Of a stretch of DNA of 64,000 nt, positions 59,943 to 64,000 are shown in pieces (positions within the stretch are counted from its first letter, which is position 1; each line of letters begins with the position of its first letter). The notes beneath the pieces were generated by a model. That model ran no database searches and had not been told where the DNA came from. It saw only the letters and a program-made list of their open reading frames with translations. The translations under genes and the position numbers were made by a program. Where the stretch lies: positions 62,001 through 126,000 of the forward strand of contig NZ_MWQY01000002.1 in assembly GCF_002087085.1 (NCBI RefSeq). The letters are read 5' to 3'.

Positions 59943-61132
59943 AACACGACAGAGGAAACAGCCTGGTACAGACAACGCGATCCGTACATGCAGTTCGTAA
60001 AGAGGGGGAACGTCGATTTGCAGAGCTCGAGTGGCCCGGCCCTTCCGACGAGATGTGGCGCAGAACCGATGTCTCAGGCATAGACTTCGAGTCCTTCAAA
60101 CCGGACTCCTCAGAGGTTCAGACCGAGCTGCCCCGGTCTGAAGGATTCGAACTGGTAACCTTTAACGGCGGAAAGGGAGAGCAGGATCTCTCCGGGGATG
60201 TAGTTTCCACCCTTGTATCCCATGCCTCGGGAAGCCGGGACCGGGTGGAGGCCTTTCACTACAGCAGGATCAACAACGGTTTCACCCTGCGCATCCCCGC
60301 GGGGGTACACATCGAGGAGCCCATGGTTCTGCGTTTTGCCGGAGGAGACCCGGGAACCCACGAGGCGCTTTTCGGCCGCATTATGGCGGAAGAGAACAGC
60401 AGCGCCCAGGTGTATATAATCCTGGAGGATGCTGACGGCAGCGAAACCCTGCGCACAGCGGGTTTTCACTTTGAAGTCGGCAGGGGCAGCAGGGTCAAAG
60501 CAGCTGCAATCCAGGATCTCTCCCTGAACTCGAAGCATTTCGGCTTTCATTCCGCCTCAATAGACCGGGACGGACAATTCACCTTTTCCGAAATCGATCT
60601 GGGAGCCGCCTTGAGCGTCAGCGCCCCGGTCTTCAGCACCCTGGGAGAGGGTGCTCAGGTTGATATTACCGGGCTCTACGCCGCTGCCAGGGCTCAGCAC
60701 AAGAACCTGCGCCCCGTCCAGCGCCACGCCGAGCCCTACGGAAGCAGCAACAGCCTGTACAAGGGAGCCCTGCTGCCGGGGGGCCGCACCATATTCCAGG
60801 GACTGATCCGCGTCGAACCCGGGGCCGTCAGGACCGATGCCTACCTCTCCAACAAGAACCTGCTTCTCGAAGACGGGGCCAGGGCGGATTCCATCCCCTC
60901 CCTGCAGATCCTGAACAACGATGTACGATGTACCCACGGTTCCACCACGGGAAAGCTAAACCCTGAACAGGTTTTCTATCTCCAGAGCCGGGGATTCAGC
61001 AGCGATGAGGCAAAGCGGCTGCTTTTGTGGAGCTTCTACGACGACGCCCTGGGAAAACTTCCCGAGCTTGTGGCGGAATCGGTTCGGGAGCGTCTCCTTA
61101 AACATCCCATTTTCAGTGCCGGAGAGGATTGA
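59939..61132 (+). CDS. sufD: Fe-S assembly protein
   Basis: [27 protein letters not shown]. Confidence 0.9.
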   Translation: MKHDRGNSLVQTTRSVHAVRKEGERRFAELEWPGPSDEMWRRTDVSGIDFESFKPDSSEVQTELPRSEGFELVTFNGGKGEQDLSGDVVSTLVSHASGSRDRVEAFHYSRINNGFTLRIPAGVHIEEPMVLRFAGGDPGTHEALFGRIMAEENSSAQVYIILEDADGSETLRTAGFHFEVGRGSRVKAAAIQDLSLNSKHFGFHSASIDRDGQFTFSEIDLGAALSVSAPVFSTLGEGAQVDITGLYAAARAQHKNLRPVQRHAEPYGSSNSLYKGALLPGGRTIFQGLIRVEPGAVRTDAYLSNKNLLLEDGARADSIPSLQILNNDVRCTHGSTTGKLNPEQVFYLQSRGFSSDEAKRLLLWSFYDDALGKLPELVAESVRERLLKHPIFSAGED

Positions 61133-61133
61133 T

Positions 61134-61448
61134 ATGGCCGAATGGAAACCCGCCGTAAAAGAAGACGGTTTCCGCAACAGCACCCGGGTGGAGATTGACG
61201 GAAAGCCCTTTGCCCTTTTCCGCCTGGAAGACGGTATCTACGCCCTGGACGATATCTGTTCCCATGAGTATTCCCGCCTTTCAGAGGGAGAGATCTGGGA
61301 CGGAGAGGTTTACTGCCCCAAACACGGTTCACGCTTCGATATCCGAAACGGGCAGGTACGCTCCTTTCCCGCCATGGTTCCGGTGGGGAGCTACCCCGTC
61401 CGGGTCGAAGACGGGATGGTTTACATCGACATGGAGGCCGCTGAATGA
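61134..61448 (+). CDS. Rieske-type ferredoxin
   Basis: CSH...CPKHGSRFD; ATG 61134 follows GAGGA. Confidence 0.9.
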   Translation: MAEWKPAVKEDGFRNSTRVEIDGKPFALFRLEDGIYALDDICSHEYSRLSEGEIWDGEVYCPKHGSRFDIRNGQVRSFPAMVPVGSYPVRVEDGMVYIDMEAAE

Positions 61449-62674
61449 GACAGACCCTCATGGAACTCACGGAAACGGACATCCGGTATGAATTCCCCGT
61501 GCTGCGAAACCATCCGGACATAGTGTACCTGGACAGCGGTGCTACAACCCAGAAACCCGAGTCCGTCATCCGGCGGATAGACAGGTATTATCGACAGGAG
61601 AACGCCAACGTACACCGGGGAATCCATAGCCTGGGCGAAGCCGCCACCGAGGCCTACGAAGGGGCCCGGGGGAAGGTACAGAAGTTTCTCAACGCCCGAA
61701 AACGGGAGGAGGTAATCTTCACAGGGGGAACAACCGACGCCATCAACCTGGTGGCTTCCGTTTTCAGGGAGTCACTCCTTGGTCCCGGAAAAAGGATTCT
61801 CCTTACCGAGATGGAACACCACGCGAATCTGGTTCCCTGGCAGCTGGCGGCGAAACGCAGCGGGGCTGAGCTTGATTTCATACCCCTTGCAGATGACGGC
61901 TCACTGGACCTGAACAGACTCGATGAGAAACTAAACCCGGATGTGGCTGTTTTAGCCCTCACCCATATTTCCAACGTGCTGGGAACGATAAATCCCGTGA
62001 AAGAGATTATCGGGCGAGCCCATGCAGAGGGGATCCCTGTGCTGGTGGACGCCGCCCAGAGCATTCCCCGACTCCCCGTGGATGTTCAGGCGCTGGGGGC
62101 GGATTTTCTTGTATTCTCGGCGCACAAGGTTTACGGCCCCACGGGAATCGGGGTGCTCTACGGCAGAGAGGAGTGGCTGGAGCGGCTGCCCCCCTGGCGG
62201 GGCGGAGGAGATATGATCGATACAGTGGAGCTGGATGGATCCACCTGGAATACCCTGCCCTACAAGTTTGAAGCAGGAACCCCCAACATTGCCGGGGCTG
62301 CCGGAACAGGTGCTGCCCTGGAGTGGCTGGAGCGGCGGGATATACGGCTCATCTCGGACAAGGAAGAGTATCTTACCGAATACCTGCGATCCCGCCTTGC
62401 CGAGCTGTCGTGGATAAAAATGCTCCCCGCCCCGGAAGGAACACGAACCGGACTCGTCTCATTTACCATGGACGGGATTCACCCCTACGACGCGGCCCAG
62501 ATCCTGGACAGGAAAGGCTTTGCCCTGCGCTCGGGACACCACTGTGCACAGCCCCTGCATCGCCGTTTCGGCCTGGAGGGTTCCTTACGGGCGAGCTTCG
62601 GGGTCTACAACCGGGAATCGGAACTGGACAGGCTGGTGGAAGCTCTGCAGGAGACCCGCCGCTTTCTGGCCTGA
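61445..62674 (+). CDS. sufS: Cysteine desulfurase (group II)
   Basis: YLDSGATTQKP, EHHAN, SAHK, RSGHHCA. Confidence 0.95.
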   Translation: MRQTLMELTETDIRYEFPVLRNHPDIVYLDSGATTQKPESVIRRIDRYYRQENANVHRGIHSLGEAATEAYEGARGKVQKFLNARKREEVIFTGGTTDAINLVASVFRESLLGPGKRILLTEMEHHANLVPWQLAAKRSGAELDFIPLADDGSLDLNRLDEKLNPDVAVLALTHISNVLGTINPVKEIIGRAHAEGIPVLVDAAQSIPRLPVDVQALGADFLVFSAHKVYGPTGIGVLYGREEWLERLPPWRGGGDMIDTVELDGSTWNTLPYKFEAGTPNIAGAAGTGAALEWLERRDIRLISDKEEYLTEYLRSRLAELSWIKMLPAPEGTRTGLVSFTMDGIHPYDAAQILDRKGFALRSGHHCAQPLHRRFGLEGSLRASFGVYNRESELDRLVEALQETRRFLA

Positions 62675-62688
62675 GTCCAGCGTCCGAT

Positions 62689-63504
62689 TCAGATACGCTG
62701 CAGTAACAGCTTTGCAAAGGACATTATGGCCAGCCGATCGGACAGCTCCGCCTGCCGGGCCTCCTCCCCGTTGAGAAGAGGAATAACATGCTGAAACAGA
62801 GGATAGGACTCAACCCCGCGAACCGCTTTTGAAAGGGTGTATAGTTCATCCGCGCTTTCAATGGACCACTTCATGACAGAATCCGAAGAGTTTTTCAGAA
62901 CCAGACGGTTACCCATCTCGAGTCCCCTGGCGGAACAGTATTCCAGAATCATTGCAGCCTGACCGATGCGACGGGCAATGATCTCCAGTAGCTGTGCAAC
63001 TTCATCAGCATTGAAATAGTAGAGGAGCCCGACAGCCAGGACCACAGGCCTGCCCTGGATTTCAATCCTCCGATAGGTGCTTTCCTCGAGGACAGAACCC
63101 GGAATAAGCCTGTAGCGGTCGGATTCCGGAAAAAGCCGTTTTTTCAACGCTATTACCCCTGGAAAATCTATATCATACCAGCGAACGGAATCCGATACGA
63201 AGCCATGGAAGGCCGTATCCAGTCCGCAGCCAAGATTGAGTATCGTTAAATCACCACCCTTTTCGCTTATACTCCTCAGTTCACGCAGCACATTGAGGGC
63301 CCTGGCCACCCAGGCCAGGCGGCTCATACTGAGCTGCTCCGAAGAAATAACCGAGAAGTCGATTCCCAGAGATTCAACCAATCGAACACATTCACTGTCA
63401 TGCAGCAGACCATGTTCCCTGATACTCTCTGAATACCGCCCCCAGAGCGGAAGCAGCATGGTTTTTTCCACTCCTCTCAATGCAGAAGCTGCATCCTCTG
63501 TCAT
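62689..63504 (-). CDS. Class I SAM-dependent methyltransferase (LCM-like)
   Basis: TMLLPLWGR, LGCGLDT, WYDIDFP, GLLYY; ATG 63504 follows GGAGG. Confidence 0.82.
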   Translation of the reverse strand: MTEDAASALRGVEKTMLLPLWGRYSESIREHGLLHDSECVRLVESLGIDFSVISSEQLSMSRLAWVARALNVLRELRSISEKGGDLTILNLGCGLDTAFHGFVSDSVRWYDIDFPGVIALKKRLFPESDRYRLIPGSVLEESTYRRIEIQGRPVVLAVGLLYYFNADEVAQLLEIIARRIGQAAMILEYCSARGLEMGNRLVLKNSSDSVMKWSIESADELYTLSKAVRGVESYPLFQHVIPLLNGEEARQAELSDRLAIMSFAKLLLQRI

Positions 63505-64000
63505 GGTTCCTCCCCGACACTCTCCATCGAAGCGGCACGCCAGATAAAGCACACATGATGTCTGAGGGCATCGCGAATCCGCCCGGAATCGAAATGTCTG
63601 TTCTCTTTCTGAAGACTTCGTTCATAAAAGTTCGCCGCCACGGGGGCCAGCAATTCGGCGGTGAGAAAATCGGTGGAGCAGTCAAAATGCCATCCAAGCA
63701 TCCTTACCCGCTCCAAAACCAGAGTTACCAGCTTCCGTGGTCGTGAAAAAAACTCATTATACAGAAAATCACGAATGCCCTCGTGAAAATACTGTCCCCT
63801 GGTTACAATCCGAACAGGAACAAAAAACTTCTCATTCTGAAGCAGATCAACAGGTGCAAGCATCAGGTCCGATAGCACCGCTTCAGGACCGTTCCTGATC
63901 AGCAAGTCATCAAGATTTTCAGGAACATCATTCATGCCCAGGGCTCTGAGATCCTGACTGAACCGCAGTACTACTTCATCCAGAATAGCGGCTTTTTCCG
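63501..64000 (-). CDS. Probable TetR/AcrR family regulator (N-terminus beyond window)
   Basis: Frame open to the window end (EKAAILDEV resembles the end of a TetR HTH); stop overlaps the methyltransferase start. Confidence 0.5.
   Translation of the reverse strand, partial: EKAAILDEVVLRFSQDLRALGMNDVPENLDDLLIRNGPEAVLSDLMLAPVDLLQNEKFFVPVRIVTRGQYFHEGIRDFLYNEFFSRPRKLVTLVLERVRMLGWHFDCSTDFLTAELLAPVAANFYERSLQKENRHFDSGRIRDALRHHVCFIWRAASMESVGEEP

Overview
64 kb of a moderately GC-rich bacterial chromosome, probably a free-living spirochaete (inferred from Cys-less 'FA-GG-x-x-E' substrate-binding-protein N-termini and gene content). In order it holds: a partial MFS transporter; an oppABCDF operon; a divergent gpsA-like gene with phnDCEE; a glutamine synthetase; and a patatin/beta-barrel protein. 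A ~25 kb organic/sugar-acid catabolic region follows, with three TRAP systems, an IlvD/Edd dehydratase, two SDRs, an Fe-ADH, an aldo/keto reductase, a DUF296 protein, an amidohydrolase and GntR/LacI regulators with visible operators. The rest is a class I aminotransferase, peptidases, a sigma54/PrpR-like module, gpsA, tRNA-Cys with tandem 3'-end repeats, and a suf operon. No mobile elements or CRISPR arrays were seen. Top finding: an unannotated 25-codon leader peptide with six consecutive Ala codons lies over a 1:2/2:3/3:4 attenuator in front of an AlaA-like aminotransferase, i.e. a candidate alanine-sensing, ribosome-dependent transcription attenuator. Second: three sigma54 promoters share a paired TGC-N6-GCA enhancer at the same spacing. 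This suggests a split regulon linking a TRAP transporter to an uncharacterised Fe-S gene pair ~17 kb away. All functional calls come from motif recognition by eye; no searches were run.
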